64,000 nt of DNA from Sandaracinaceae bacterium (GCA_017881055.1 JADGRF010000013.1:8699-72698), one strand, 5' to 3'; shown: positions 33,457 to 44,389, counted from the first letter of the stretch. The notes: generated by a model not told the origin, from the letters alone. Translations and numbers: made by a program.

Positions 33457-34092
33457 CTATTTCTTGCTCTCTTTGGGCTCACGCGCCGCGATCACGCTGT
33501 CCAAGATGCCGTAGCTCTTGGCTTCGTCGGCCGAGAGAAAGCGGTCGCGCTCGGTGTCGAGCTTGATCTGCGAGGCGGGCTTGCCCGTGTGCTTCTCCAT
33601 GATCTTGTTCATGCGCTCGCGCAAAAACAGGATCTCCTGCGCGTGAATCTCGATGTCGCTCGCCTGACCACGGAAGCCGCCGAGCGGCTGGTGGATCATG
33701 ATCCGGCTGTTCGGCAGCGCGCGACGCAAGCCTTTGTTGCCAGCGGCCAAGAGCCACGCGGCCATCGACGCGGCCAAGCCGATGCAGAGCGTGGCGACCG
33801 GTGCGCGCACGTACTGCATCGTGTCGTAGATCGCGAGACCCGAGGTGATCGAACCGCCGGGGCTGTTGATGTAGATGGTGATCTCTTTGTCGGGATCTTC
33901 GCTCTCGAGATAGAGCAGCTGCGCGATGATGATGTTCGCGACGTCGTCGTTGATCTCGGTTCCGAGAAAGACGATGCGGTCGTTGAGAAGACGGCTGAAG
34001 ATGTCCCAGCTGCGCTCACCGCGCGGCGTGCTTTCGACGACCTGCGGATACGGAATGAACGCGCGCGGAGCAATCACACGGTCTTCTTTCAT
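33457..34092 (-). CDS. clpP: Clp protease proteolytic subunit
   Basis: DIFSRLL.DRIVFL, YINSPGG, AASM, MIHQP, ERD.FLSA. Confidence 0.97.
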   Translation of the reverse strand: MKEDRVIAPRAFIPYPQVVESTPRGERSWDIFSRLLNDRIVFLGTEINDDVANIIIAQLLYLESEDPDKEITIYINSPGGSITSGLAIYDTMQYVRAPVATLCIGLAASMAAWLLAAGNKGLRRALPNSRIMIHQPLGGFRGQASDIEIHAQEILFLRERMNKIMEKHTGKPASQIKLDTERDRFLSADEAKSYGILDSVIAAREPKESKK

Positions 34093-35456
34093 GTCTTCGC
34101 CTCTTTAACCTTTTTGGTCTTTTTCGGCTTCTTCGCCGCGTCGTCGGCTTCGGGCTCTGTGTCTGCTTCAGCAGACTCGGCCTTCGGCTCGACGTCTTTG
34201 ATCGTAGCCCGTGACGCCAGATACTCAAGAAGCTTCTTCTCGAGGATCTGCAGCTCGAGGGTGCGCTTTTCGTCGCCCTGGTGCTCGGCCCGCACTTTCG
34301 CGATGTGTTTGCCCGTGCGCTCGGCCTGCTCCGCGAGCTTCTGCTCCACGTCGGCAGGGGTGACCTCAATTTTTTGGTCGCGCGCGATCGCTCCAAACAA
34401 CAGCCCGGCGCGCACTTTGCGCTCGGCGCGCGCTCGGAAGGTCTGGTGCATGTCTTCGCTGAAGTCGACCTGCTGACCGATCATGTACTGAAACCGCAGG
34501 TACTGCTCGAGCGACGAGCGCGTCTCCTGATCGATCATGCTCGGCGGAACCGGCACGGGGTTCTTGTCGATCAGCTGCTCGACCAAGGCTTCGCGGACGA
34601 GCGCATCGGCACGCTCGCCGGCGGCCTTCTCGAGCTTCTCGCGCACCGACTGCTTCATCGCGGCGAGCGAGTCGAACGCGAGATCCTTCGCGAGCTCGTC
34701 GTCGATCGCGGGCAGCTCCTTGGTCTGGATGTTCTTCACGTGCACGTGGAACACGCCGGACTTGCCGCGCAGCTCTTCGTAGCCGTAGTCGTCGGGGAAC
34801 GAGAGCGAAATGTCTTTCTGTTCGCCGAGGCCGAGGCCGGTCAGGCCTTCGTCCATCGCGGGCAGCAGTTTGCCTTTGCCGAGCTCCGCGCGGCGATCCT
34901 GGCCACCCAGCTCGGGTCGCGGCTGGCCGTCGATCTGCACTTCGAGATCGAAAGTGACCGTGTCGTTCGCTTGTGCCGCGCGCGCCGGCTCGGGCGCGGT
35001 CAGCTCCGCGGTCTGCTCGCGCATGCGCTCGATCTCGGCCCGGACGGCCTCATCGGCGACCTTCAGCACGGGACGCTCGATCTCCATGCCGCTCGTATCG
35101 ACGCTGTCGATCTTAGGTCGAACTTCGAGCTTGGCGCTGAATGCGAGCGGTTTGCCGTCGGCGATGTCGGGTGGCGTGATCTGCTCCGCATACGCGACCG
35201 GGTCGAGCTTGTGCTCGTCGACCGCCAGCCCCACGCCGTTACGCACCAGCTCGGCCGCGACTTCGGCGCGAATCGACTTCCCGAGCATCTTCTTCACGAC
35301 GTCGAGGGGCACTTTGCCCGGACGGAAGCCGCGAATGCGCGCTTTACGCTGGGTCGCGCGATAGGCCGCTTCGAGGTCTTCGTTCACCTTCGTCCAAGGC
35401 ACTTCGACCTTGAGCTCGACGAGAACGGGGCTGAGCGTTTCGATCTGGGACTGCAT
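34089..35456 (-). CDS. tig: Trigger factor
   Basis: Ribosome-binding [12 protein letters not shown]-like [17 protein letters not shown]; tig-clpP-clpX-lon synteny. Start ATG 35456 after GGAG. Confidence 0.93.
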   Translation of the reverse strand: MQSQIETLSPVLVELKVEVPWTKVNEDLEAAYRATQRKARIRGFRPGKVPLDVVKKMLGKSIRAEVAAELVRNGVGLAVDEHKLDPVAYAEQITPPDIADGKPLAFSAKLEVRPKIDSVDTSGMEIERPVLKVADEAVRAEIERMREQTAELTAPEPARAAQANDTVTFDLEVQIDGQPRPELGGQDRRAELGKGKLLPAMDEGLTGLGLGEQKDISLSFPDDYGYEELRGKSGVFHVHVKNIQTKELPAIDDELAKDLAFDSLAAMKQSVREKLEKAAGERADALVREALVEQLIDKNPVPVPPSMIDQETRSSLEQYLRFQYMIGQQVDFSEDMHQTFRARAERKVRAGLLFGAIARDQKIEVTPADVEQKLAEQAERTGKHIAKVRAEHQGDEKRTLELQILEKKLLEYLASRATIKDVEPKAESAEADTEPEADDAAKKPKKTKKVKEAKT

Positions 35457-35609
35457 TCGGGAGTCTCCGTGCACCGCGGTTTCCTAGGACCGCAAAGGAG
35501 CAGCGTTCTAGTGCCCGAGGCGCTAGGGGTCAAGAAGAGGAGACCGAGCGTGCGCCCGTAAAAAGGAGGCGATGTAGGCCCTGCCGGCGCTGCGCGCGCT
35601 GCAGACAGC

Positions 35610-36038
35610 CTACTTGTTTGCGTCCACCAGCTCGATGCCCAGCTCTTGGGCAACCTGGAAGATGCGCTCGTCCCGATAGAACTCGCCGAAAATGATCCGG
35701 TTGATGCCCGTGTTCACGACGCACTTGAAGCAGTTCCAGCACGGTGAGGCCGTCACGTAGATGCTGGCGGCTTCCAGGCGCGTGCCGTTCTTGGCGGCCT
35801 GAATCAGCGCGTTGACCTCGGCGTGGATGGTTCGCACGCAGTGGCCGTCCTCCATCATGCAGCCGACTTCGCTGCAATGCGGCAGGCCGCGCACCGAGCC
35901 GTTGTAGCCTGTCGATAGAATGGTCTTGTCGCGCACGATCACGGCGCCCACGTGCTTACGCGGGCAGGTCGACCGACTGGCAACCTCGCGCCCGATGTTC
36001 ATGAAGTACTGGTCCCAGGAGACGCGATCGCTCGACAT
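35610..36038 (-). CDS. dCMP deaminase (ComEB-like)
   Basis: WDQYFM, RSTC.R..VGA, TGYNG, HAEVNA, PCWNC. Confidence 0.9.
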   Translation of the reverse strand: MSSDRVSWDQYFMNIGREVASRSTCPRKHVGAVIVRDKTILSTGYNGSVRGLPHCSEVGCMMEDGHCVRTIHAEVNALIQAAKNGTRLEAASIYVTASPCWNCFKCVVNTGINRIIFGEFYRDERIFQVAQELGIELVDANK

Positions 36039-36084
36039 CCGAGACAAGTAGCATTCCCCGGCCTGCCGCTTCAATCCACGGAAC

Positions 36085-37512
36085 TCAATGGGACGCCGCG
36101 GGCGCGAGACCTGTCTCGGAAAAAGCACTGCGCAGCTCGCTTCGAACGTCGTCGGGCAGATCGCGGAGGATCAGAACAGCGCGGCCTTTGCGCACGACCT
36201 CGCCGAGGGCGCGCTCGGCCTCGGGCCCGAGCGTGCGGACGCGCTCGGCGGCGCGAGCGGCGTCCAGTGCATCTTCTACGCTGTCCCAGAGCGTCACCCA
36301 CACGACAGCGGGCAGGCTGCCGTCCTTCGTATACACGCGCAGGCGATCCCCGTTCCAGCCGTCAGCCGCGCGGCGCGCTTCGGTTTCCGTTGCGCCTTGC
36401 CCGAAGTACACGCCGATCTCGAGCTCGCCGAGGGTGTCGTCCTGCACGGCGTGATAACCGGCGTCCTCCACGGCGGACAGCTTCGGCAGCAGCAGCGTCT
36501 GCGGCAGCTCGCCGCGTGCGAAGCGCTCGGGATGCAGCACCTGCTCGGTCGAAATCGGTGGCTTTGCATGTGCGCGATCGACCGCGGCCCAACCGGCAGA
36601 GCCGTGCAGGCTCGCACAGAACGCTAGGCCATCGACGTACGCGCTGAGCAACGGGACGCGCACGATCGGCGGGGCCTGCTCGAGCTCACTGCCGGCGAGC
36701 GGCGAGTGACGCACGGCGTCCGAGAACGAGCGCACCATCGCGGGGTTGCCGGTGACCTTGTGCAGCGGAATCTGCTCGCGTTCCAGCGCGTAGCCGTACA
36801 TCGCGAGCGTCGCGTCGCCTTCGACGAGCGCATGAAACGCATTGTCGGCGTCGGTGTCCCGCGTTTGCTTCACGTGCTGTGACAGCGACAGGTTCTGGTC
36901 CTGCAGCGCGTGCACCAGCTCGTGCACGAGCACGGTGCGGGCCTCGATCAGGTCGCTGGACTCGTCGTCGTCGCTCGCGCGGGCGAACGCTTCCATCACG
37001 TCGTCGCGCACTGCGAGCCGTCCAGCTTCCGGATCGTAGTACCCGACGACCTGTTCGCCCATCACGCGCAGCAGCAGGGAGCGAACGTCCAGCTCCGGCG
37101 CGAGCAGGCCGAGCGCGATGTAGACCACGCGTTCGCGCTCGAGCTCGTCCTCTTCGATTTCGCTCTCGACGTAATCGGTGATGCGCTCGCGGTCTTCGAC
37201 GACCACCGGGACATCGTGCTCGAAGCGCAGACCGCGCACCCGCGCAGCCGCTTCCATCAGCTCGGCGATCACCGCCGATTCGCGCTTGGTCGGCGGGCGC
37301 GCTCGTCCCTTCGCAACTCGCGTCGGCTTCGCGTTCGCGTCGGTCGTGGTGGCCTGCACGCTCGTGAGGTCGCCAGCATTGCCTGGCACCTCGAGCGTCG
37401 CGTCGTTCTTCTGTGTCGCGCGCGAGCCGGCGCAGCCGCCGCATGCCAGCAATAAACAGACGCCCACCGCCACGTCCATGCGAGCCGCGAGCCCGACATG
37501 CGTTGCCTTCAT
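36085..37512 (-). CDS. Putative lipoprotein with zincin-like HEXXH...E motif
   Basis: Signal peptide with Cys; VGYYDP, HELVHALQDQ, ALVEGDA, PPISTEQVLHPE, DTLGEL, AADGWNGD. ATGA-coupled to rnj. Confidence 0.8.
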   Translation of the reverse strand: MKATHVGLAARMDVAVGVCLLLACGGCAGSRATQKNDATLEVPGNAGDLTSVQATTTDANAKPTRVAKGRARPPTKRESAVIAELMEAAARVRGLRFEHDVPVVVEDRERITDYVESEIEEDELERERVVYIALGLLAPELDVRSLLLRVMGEQVVGYYDPEAGRLAVRDDVMEAFARASDDDESSDLIEARTVLVHELVHALQDQNLSLSQHVKQTRDTDADNAFHALVEGDATLAMYGYALEREQIPLHKVTGNPAMVRSFSDAVRHSPLAGSELEQAPPIVRVPLLSAYVDGLAFCASLHGSAGWAAVDRAHAKPPISTEQVLHPERFARGELPQTLLLPKLSAVEDAGYHAVQDDTLGELEIGVYFGQGATETEARRAADGWNGDRLRVYTKDGSLPAVVWVTLWDSVEDALDAARAAERVRTLGPEAERALGEVVRKGRAVLILRDLPDDVRSELRSAFSETGLAPAASH

Positions 37513-39152
37513 TCGTCGCGCCCCGTCACGACGCAGTGCGTGAGCGGCCGAAAGCCGAGCTCCTCGCGAAACAGGTTGCGCGCCGTGCGGCACGCGACGT
37601 CGCGCAGCGTCTCGTCGCTCGCGGGCAGCGGCACGCGCCCCAGCACACGCTGCAGATCCGCCGCGATCCGAGCCAGGAGCGCACGCTCTTCATCTTCCCA
37701 GATCACGCCTCGCGTCAGCACGCGCGGTCTTTCGCGCAGCTCGCCCCGCCGGTCGATGTTGAGCGTGAGCATCACGATGCCTACCTGAGAAAGCAGCGTT
37801 CGGTCGCGCAGCACCACGTCGTCGAGCGCGTTGCCCGCCTGCACGTGCACGCGCCCGGTCTCGGTCGGCTCGGCGATCCGCGTGCCGGCCTCGTCGAGCT
37901 CGAGCACCGCGCCGTTCTCGATCACCTGCACGTCGGGCACGCCCATCTCGCGCGCCAGCTCCGCGTGCCGGCGTAAATGATGGAACGTGCCGTGCACCGG
38001 CACGAAGCAGCGCGGACGCACCGTCGTGATCAGCTTGCGTTGCTCCTCGCGGCAGGCGTGTCCACTGACGTGGATCTTCGGGTCGTCGAAGCGCTGCAGC
38101 ACGCGCAGGCCTTGACGCTCGAGGTTGTCGATCAGCGTGTGCACGCCGCGCTCGCGCCCCGGAATGATGCGCGACGAGAGCAGCACGGTGTCGCCCGGCT
38201 CGAGCTTCAGATGATGATGGTTGCGTGCCGCGATCCGAGCCAATGCCGCGAGTGGCTCGGCCTGTGAGCCGCTGGCGATCACGAGCAGCTTGTTGCGCGG
38301 TACGGCCTGCGCGAGATCCGGCGAGATGTACGTGGGCAGCGGCTTTGGCAGGAGCCCGAGCTTCTCCGCGATGCGCGCGTGCGTGGTGAGCGAGCGCCCT
38401 AGCAGGAGCGTCTGCTTGCCGAGCGTTTGCGCCACGCGCAGCGTTGCCGCGAGTCGGTAGGCGTTCGAGCCGAACATCGAGATCACGATGCGTCCCTCGG
38501 CTTCGCGAATGTGTCGCTCCAAGGCGACCGCGACCTCGGCTTCGCCGCCGGAGGCCCCTTCGACGTCGACGTTAGTCGAATCGCTGAAGAGCAGACGCAC
38601 GCCGGCCTTGCCCAGCTGCTCCAGGAACGGAAAGTCGAAGTGCTCGGCGTCGGGCGGCGCGAGATCGATCTTGAAGTCGCCAGAGTGAATCAGCGTGCCG
38701 AGGCGCGTACGGAACGCCAGGCCCGTGGAGTCGGGGATCGAGTGCGTCACGCGGTACGGCTCGATCTCGAACGCGCCCACCTGGATGCGCTGGCGCGGCT
38801 TGATCGTGATGAGCTCCGGCGCTTTGTCGAATCGGAACTCGCTCAGCCGCTCGCGGGCCAAGAGCAGCGCGTAGTCGGGTCCATACACAGGGACGTCGAT
38901 TTCGGAGAGCAGGTACGGCAGCGCGCCGATGTGGTCTTCGTGGCCGTGCGTGATGATCACGGCCTTCACCTGGTCTCGGCGCTCGATGAGATAGGAGAAG
39001 TCGGGGTGGATGATGTCCACGCCGGGCTCCTCGTTCGGGAACGTCACGCCACAGTCGATGACGACGATCGTTTCGTCGAGCTCGAGCGCCATGCAGTTCA
39101 TGCCGACTTCGCCGAGCCCGCCGAGTGGAACGATCCTGAGCGGCGTTTGCAT
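37509..39152 (-). CDS. rnj: Ribonuclease J
   Basis: PLGGLGEVGMN, THGHEDHIG, HSIPD, GDFK, SDSTN, HVSGHA, PVHG. Confidence 0.96.
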   Translation of the reverse strand: MQTPLRIVPLGGLGEVGMNCMALELDETIVVIDCGVTFPNEEPGVDIIHPDFSYLIERRDQVKAVIITHGHEDHIGALPYLLSEIDVPVYGPDYALLLARERLSEFRFDKAPELITIKPRQRIQVGAFEIEPYRVTHSIPDSTGLAFRTRLGTLIHSGDFKIDLAPPDAEHFDFPFLEQLGKAGVRLLFSDSTNVDVEGASGGEAEVAVALERHIREAEGRIVISMFGSNAYRLAATLRVAQTLGKQTLLLGRSLTTHARIAEKLGLLPKPLPTYISPDLAQAVPRNKLLVIASGSQAEPLAALARIAARNHHHLKLEPGDTVLLSSRIIPGRERGVHTLIDNLERQGLRVLQRFDDPKIHVSGHACREEQRKLITTVRPRCFVPVHGTFHHLRRHAELAREMGVPDVQVIENGAVLELDEAGTRIAEPTETGRVHVQAGNALDDVVLRDRTLLSQVGIVMLTLNIDRRGELRERPRVLTRGVIWEDEERALLARIAADLQRVLGRVPLPASDETLRDVACRTARNLFREELGFRPLTHCVVTGRDE

Positions 39153-39322
39153 GCGTGCTCACTTGCAGTGCCGCGCTGCGGGAGTCAAGACCCGCGCGCG
39201 AAGCGACCCATCCCGGGGCGTCCGCGAGCCGACTTTGCGATTTGACCCGTTCTTTCCAAGCGTGTTACCCAGCGCAGCGCTTTGTGCTAGGCAGCGCGCT
39301 TCTACCCCCGCGGAGCTTCCTC

Positions 39323-41419
39323 ATGCGCCCCTCTTCGATCACGTGTCTGCTGCTTGCGCTCGTCGGGTCCGTTTCCGGGCTCGGAGCTTGGTCGAGCCGG
39401 TGCGCAGCACAGGGCAGCGTCGCGCAGCCGGCGCCTAAGCCGAGCGCGCCCGCGAAGCCCGTCGCGCAGCCGGCGCCTAAGCCCGCGCCCAAGCCCGCGC
39501 CGGCCGCAGAACCCGAAAAGCCCGCGACTCCCGCCGCTGCCAGCAGCAGCCCGGCGGCGGCGCCCACTGCATCCACGCCGCCTGCGTCCGCCGCGACTGC
39601 GCCCGAGGCCTCCGGTGACGCCGCTGCTCCCGCCGCGGCGCCAGCGCCGAGCGAGTCTGCCGAGGGCGCTGACGCGAGCGCTTCCTCTGCCGCCGCGCCG
39701 AGCGCGCCCGCGCCCAGCGAAGCCACGCTGCCGGCAGCCGCGCTGCCGCCCAGCAATGTTCCGAGTCCGGGCGAGCTAGGCGATCGCTTGGTGGGTGACT
39801 TGCCGCCCGAGTCGACGCAGAAGACGGGCTGGACCGCACCTTTGCCGGTGCTCACGCTGCACGGCTACCTGCGCGTTCGCGGCGAGCTGATGGATCACTT
39901 CTGGCTCGGCCGCGGCACGAACGACGAGCAAAAGATGGCGGCTGCGGGCGGCTCCACGATTCGCGCGTCAGGCTTCGGTCCCGATCCCTTTACACGTTTT
40001 CGTCCGCTCGAGCGCACGCCCACCGTCACCGACTGCGGCGGTCAGAGCAAGCTGCCAGGCGGCGGCTGCGACATCAGCACGCTGCGCTACGCGGACATGC
40101 GCTTCCGGCTCAATCCGCAGCTGAACATCAGTGAAGACGTGCGCGTGAAAGCCACGTTTGACGTGTTCGACAACTTCGTGCTGGGCAGCGGGCCGGTGAG
40201 CTACTACGGCAGCGGTGCAACTGCTTCTACGGCGTTCGCGTCGACCGATGCGCCGAATGTCGGCACCATCGTCGCACGTCGCGCCTGGGCCGAGGTTCGC
40301 AACCGCGATCTCGGCGAGCTCCGCTTCGGCATCATGCCGCAGCAGTGGGGCCTCGGCATGGTCTACAACGCGGGCAACGGCCTCGACGACGACTACTCGA
40401 CCGATCTCGGCCGGGTCATGGGCATCACGAAGGTCGCGGGCTTTTACCTCAGCGCTTCGTACGACTTCTTGGCCGAAGGCATCACCGGCTTCCGCGGTAC
40501 TGAGCAGCGCCCGTCGTTCGACGCGTCGCAGATCGACGACCTCGATCAGTTCAGCTTCTCGATCGCGCGTCGCATGCCCGACGAGGACGAGGACAGCGTG
40601 CTCGAGCGCGGCGACGCGCTTTGGAACGGTGGCGTGCACTTCGTGATCCGCAACCAGGATGCGCGCTTGTCGGCGCTGACCGGAACCAACCCGCTGACCG
40701 CACCCAAGTTCGAGACGATCAACGCGACGTACTACACGCCGGACGTGTGGGGTCAGTTCAAATACCGCGGCCTGCGTCTCGAGTTCGAAGGCGCAGCCGT
40801 GCTCGGCAGCGTCACGAACCCGACCGCCACTGCCACCACCAAGCAGAGCTACAACGTGAGCGAGTTCGGCGCCGTGTTCGAGAGCGAGCTGCGCGCGCTC
40901 GATAAGAAGCTCGGCATCTACTTCTACACCGGTATCGCCAGCGGCGACTCCGACGTCGAAGGTCTGTCCGCCGACGCGAACTACATCGATCAGATGGGCA
41001 ACGGCAAGGGCACGAACAACACCGTGTCGACCTTTCGTTTTCACCCGGCCTACCGCGTCGACTCGATTCTCTGGCGCAACCTCATGGGTGCGGTCGCGGG
41101 CGCGTACTACTTCAAGCCGGGCGTCAGTTACGACTTCGTGAAGGACGACTTCGGCCAGCTCTTCGGCGCGCGCGTCGACATGATCTGGAGCCGTGCCTCG
41201 TCGTTCATGCAGACGTGGGGCAATAACCCGAACCTCGGCATCGAGCTCAACGCCAAGATCTACTGGCGCAGCGACGACGGTCCGGACAAAGAAAACGGCT
41301 ATCACGCTGCGCTGCAGTACGGCGTGCTCTTCCCGATGCGCGGTCTCGGCTACTATTACAAGGACGCGAACCTCGACACGGCGCAGTCGCTGCGCCTCTT
41401 GCTCGGCGTGCAGTTCTGA
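39323..41419 (+). CDS. Myxobacterial outer-membrane beta-barrel protein (TIGR04551-like) with Pro/Ala-rich N-terminus
   Basis: LHGYLRVRGEL, DMRFRLNP.LNISE, FDNFVLGS, WGLGMVYNAG, FRFHPAYRVD.ILWR, C-terminal Phe. Family name from recall. Confidence 0.75.
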   Translation: MRPSSITCLLLALVGSVSGLGAWSSRCAAQGSVAQPAPKPSAPAKPVAQPAPKPAPKPAPAAEPEKPATPAAASSSPAAAPTASTPPASAATAPEASGDAAAPAAAPAPSESAEGADASASSAAAPSAPAPSEATLPAAALPPSNVPSPGELGDRLVGDLPPESTQKTGWTAPLPVLTLHGYLRVRGELMDHFWLGRGTNDEQKMAAAGGSTIRASGFGPDPFTRFRPLERTPTVTDCGGQSKLPGGGCDISTLRYADMRFRLNPQLNISEDVRVKATFDVFDNFVLGSGPVSYYGSGATASTAFASTDAPNVGTIVARRAWAEVRNRDLGELRFGIMPQQWGLGMVYNAGNGLDDDYSTDLGRVMGITKVAGFYLSASYDFLAEGITGFRGTEQRPSFDASQIDDLDQFSFSIARRMPDEDEDSVLERGDALWNGGVHFVIRNQDARLSALTGTNPLTAPKFETINATYYTPDVWGQFKYRGLRLEFEGAAVLGSVTNPTATATTKQSYNVSEFGAVFESELRALDKKLGIYFYTGIASGDSDVEGLSADANYIDQMGNGKGTNNTVSTFRFHPAYRVDSILWRNLMGAVAGAYYFKPGVSYDFVKDDFGQLFGARVDMIWSRASSFMQTWGNNPNLGIELNAKIYWRSDDGPDKENGYHAALQYGVLFPMRGLGYYYKDANLDTAQSLRLLLGVQF

Positions 41420-41455
41420 TACGCAACTGCGTGCGGCGGTCGCCGATGAGGTCGC

Positions 41456-42826
41456 GTGGCTAAAGCAGCGAAGACCTTGTTCGAGTGCACGGCGTGCGGC
41501 GCCACGAGCCCGAAGTGGTTGGGGCGCTGTCCCTCGTGCGGTGGCTGGAGCACGCTCGAGGAGACGCGCGCAGCACGTACGCCCAGCTCCACGCGTGGCG
41601 GGCCCGGCGCTCGCGCGGCCGAGTTGCCGATCGCGCTGACCGACGTGCAGATGGACGACGCCGATCGCTTCTCGACCGGCCTCGGCGAGCTGGATCGCGT
41701 GCTGGGTGGCGGAGTCGTGCGTGGTGGCGTCACCTTGCTTGGTGGCGATCCCGGCATCGGCAAGTCCACGCTCATTCTGCAGGCCTTGGCCAGCGTGGCC
41801 GCGCAGGGCAAGCGCGTGCTGTACGTCACCGCCGAAGAGTCGGCCGCGCAGGTCGCGCTGCGCGCGCGTCGGCTCGGCATGAGCGCCAACGTGATGCTGC
41901 TCGCCACGACCGAGCTCGACGACGTGCACGCCTCGCTCGACGCCGAGCGCTACGACGTCGCCGTGATCGACTCGATCCAAACCGTGCGCTCGTCCGCGCT
42001 CGAGTCGGCAGCCGGCAGCGTCGCGCAGCTGCGCGAGGTCGCCGCCAGTCTCACCGGCGCCGCCAAGCGCGGCGGCCCTGCGCTGTTCCTGATCGGCCAC
42101 GTCACGAAAGAGGGCTCGTTGGCGGGCCCCAAGGTGCTCGAGCACTTGGTCGATACCGTGCTCGCCTTCGAGGGTGACCCCACACACAGCTATCGCATCC
42201 TGCGCACCACGAAGAACCGCTTCGGGCCGTCGCACGAGCTCGGCGTGTTCGAGATGGCGCGTGAGGGCCTGCGCGAGGTGCAAGACGCCAGCTCGGTCTT
42301 CATCGCCGAACGACCGGTGCGCGCGGCCGGCTCGGTGGTGGTGCCCACGGCCCAGGGCAGTCGGCCGCTGCTGGTCGAGGTGCAAGCGCTCGTCGCGCCC
42401 GCGCTGTACGGCGCGCCACGTCGCGTCGCGACCGGCATCGACGCCAACCGACTCGCCGTGTTGCTCGCCGTGCTGCAGCGTAAGGCCGGTGTGCACGTGC
42501 TCGATCAAGACGTGTTCGCCAGCGCGGCTGGTGGTGCACGCGTCGATGAGCCGGCGGTCGATCTCGCGCTCTGCGCCGCCGTGGTTTCCAGCTTGCGAGA
42601 TCGCCCGCTGGCGATGGAAGTCGTCGTGCTCGGCGAGGTCGGCCTGGCCGGCGAGCTGCGCGCAGTGACGAGGCCGGCGCTACGTCTGCGCGAGGCCAAA
42701 CGCCTTGGCTTCACACGCGCCGTTCTGCCCCGCGCCGACGTCGCGCGCCTGAGCGCCGACGAGCGCGAAGGCATCGACTTGATGCCTGCCGCCACGCTCG
42801 AAGATGCGCTCCAAGCGCTGTTCTGA
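41456..42826 (+). CDS. radA: DNA repair protein RadA/Sms
   Basis: C4 zinc finger, GGDPGIGKST, VIDSIQT, KNRFG, GEVGLAGELR. Confidence 0.97.
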   Translation: MAKAAKTLFECTACGATSPKWLGRCPSCGGWSTLEETRAARTPSSTRGGPGARAAELPIALTDVQMDDADRFSTGLGELDRVLGGGVVRGGVTLLGGDPGIGKSTLILQALASVAAQGKRVLYVTAEESAAQVALRARRLGMSANVMLLATTELDDVHASLDAERYDVAVIDSIQTVRSSALESAAGSVAQLREVAASLTGAAKRGGPALFLIGHVTKEGSLAGPKVLEHLVDTVLAFEGDPTHSYRILRTTKNRFGPSHELGVFEMAREGLREVQDASSVFIAERPVRAAGSVVVPTAQGSRPLLVEVQALVAPALYGAPRRVATGIDANRLAVLLAVLQRKAGVHVLDQDVFASAAGGARVDEPAVDLALCAAVVSSLRDRPLAMEVVVLGEVGLAGELRAVTRPALRLREAKRLGFTRAVLPRADVARLSADEREGIDLMPAATLEDALQALF

Positions 42827-42828
42827 GC

Positions 42829-44385
42829 TCAGTGCGCTGTCTTGGTCGGTTTCGGGGCGTCAACTGGAACGGTGCCTGCCGGCGGCTCCGCGTCGTAGGG
42901 TACTAGTAAGCTGGCGGAGCGAGCACGCGCACGTTCGCAGTCGTCGGGCCGCAAACGCTTGGGCCCGTTCACGGTGCCGCGGCTGTTGTCCGCGTCCATC
43001 AAGAGCCACGGTCGATCCGGCCCCACGTTGTCTGGGTGCAGGGGATCATCCAGGAGCACATGACCCAGCTCGTGAGCGAGTGTCCACGCGAGCGGCAGAT
43101 GCCGCAGCCCCTGACGATCGAGGATCACCGCGTTCGCGATCGCGCCGCCGCCCTTGGCGATGAATGCCTCTCCTTGTCGGGTCGCTTCTGTGAAGCGGTT
43201 CACGATGAACAGATCGATGGTGGACGGGTCGTCGTCCGCGAGGGTCTTCACGAGCGCGCGTTCTTCGAGCGTCCCGACCTGCGCGTTCATATTGTCGAAC
43301 TCCGAGAGGCCGTCGCGCAGGTCGACCACACCGAGCTCCAGGCGCTGGCGAGCGTCGCTGCACAGCGCCACGGAGCCGTCTGCGCTCAGGCGGGCCGGCG
43401 AGCCATCCCGTCGCAGCACGAGCACGTCTGCGCTTGCACCAGCCCCGAAGCGCGTGCGCGCGTTCTCGCTGACGCGCGCCGAGAATCCTGCCTTCTGCAA
43501 CGCCTTTTCGATGCTGCGCGCCGTCTCGATCGGTGTGGCCAACGCGACGGTGCCGATCGGTCCGATCGACTTCCCCTCTACGCGGAAGCGCACCAGGCCG
43601 TCACCGCGTGCGGGTAAACCATCGCCATCGCCGATTGCGAGCAGGCTCGGCACCGGCGGCGACACCACATCGATCGGCAGCTCCCGCGGGTCGCCGAACG
43701 TCACGTTGCACTGCAACCACACCGCATTTGCGACGCGAATCTGCCCGTCGACGATGCCGAGCGCGCCCTGCGGATCGCCGCCGATCACGGGCGGTCCGTC
43801 GGACTCGGTGCGCAGCACGTGCACATGCAGCTTCGCCAAGCGCGCCGCTCGCGGCCCGCTGCTCGCGCCCGGCGCACCCACGCGCAATACGGTCTCGACG
43901 GTGCCGCGTGCGGATTCGTAGCGCACACGCACCCGATCGCGCAGCGCCACCAGCAGCGTTTGCGCCTCCGCTTCGGGTGCGTGCAGGTCGACCCCATCAC
44001 CGACCAAGCGCACGAAGCGCGAGCGAAAGGGTTGGTCCGGGCGCGAGCGTGACAGCGGGAGCCGCAGCACGCTGCGCTGCGCGAGCGTCGTTCCGTCGAG
44101 ACTCTCGATCGTCGCCCAGAGCCCTTTCCCCTTGTCAGCTGCGTCGTCGACCTCGATTCGGACGTCGCGAGGGTCACGGCTGTGTGCAGCGAAGTCTGCG
44201 CTTGCGGGTAGGGTTCCGTCGTTGGTCACCGCGTGCGAGATCTCGAGCGCGTCTCGTTCCGGCACGAGCACGTGGTTGTCGCCATCCAAGAGCCGCACGG
44301 AGACCTGCGCGTCCTGCCCGCGCGCGCCGGTTCCCATCGTCCAAGTACATGCGAGCACACAGGCGATCGCAATGCGAGCTCGCAT
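42829..44385 (-). CDS. Exported hypothetical protein with C-terminal zinc-metalloprotease-like motif
   Basis: Signal peptide; TLAHELGHVLLDDPLH followed by LLMD. Confidence 0.65.
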   Translation of the reverse strand: MRARIAIACVLACTWTMGTGARGQDAQVSVRLLDGDNHVLVPERDALEISHAVTNDGTLPASADFAAHSRDPRDVRIEVDDAADKGKGLWATIESLDGTTLAQRSVLRLPLSRSRPDQPFRSRFVRLVGDGVDLHAPEAEAQTLLVALRDRVRVRYESARGTVETVLRVGAPGASSGPRAARLAKLHVHVLRTESDGPPVIGGDPQGALGIVDGQIRVANAVWLQCNVTFGDPRELPIDVVSPPVPSLLAIGDGDGLPARGDGLVRFRVEGKSIGPIGTVALATPIETARSIEKALQKAGFSARVSENARTRFGAGASADVLVLRRDGSPARLSADGSVALCSDARQRLELGVVDLRDGLSEFDNMNAQVGTLEERALVKTLADDDPSTIDLFIVNRFTEATRQGEAFIAKGGGAIANAVILDRQGLRHLPLAWTLAHELGHVLLDDPLHPDNVGPDRPWLLMDADNSRGTVNGPKRLRPDDCERARARSASLLVPYDAEPPAGTVPVDAPKPTKTAH

Positions 44386-44389
44386 GCCC

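Noticed and set aside
35511-35522. GTGCCCGAGGCG upstream of tig resembling a tRNA-Leu 3' end
   Set aside because: No T-arm, cloverleaf or CCA around it; too short to call a tRNA or a remnant.
35610-36038. dCMP deaminase as an anti-phage dCTP deaminase
   Set aside because: Short stand-alone ComEB-type protein with no kinase-like N-terminal domain, in a housekeeping context.
39418-39483. 24-bp direct repeat
   Set aside because: Encodes a duplicated VAQPAPKP in a low-complexity linker; ordinary slippage.
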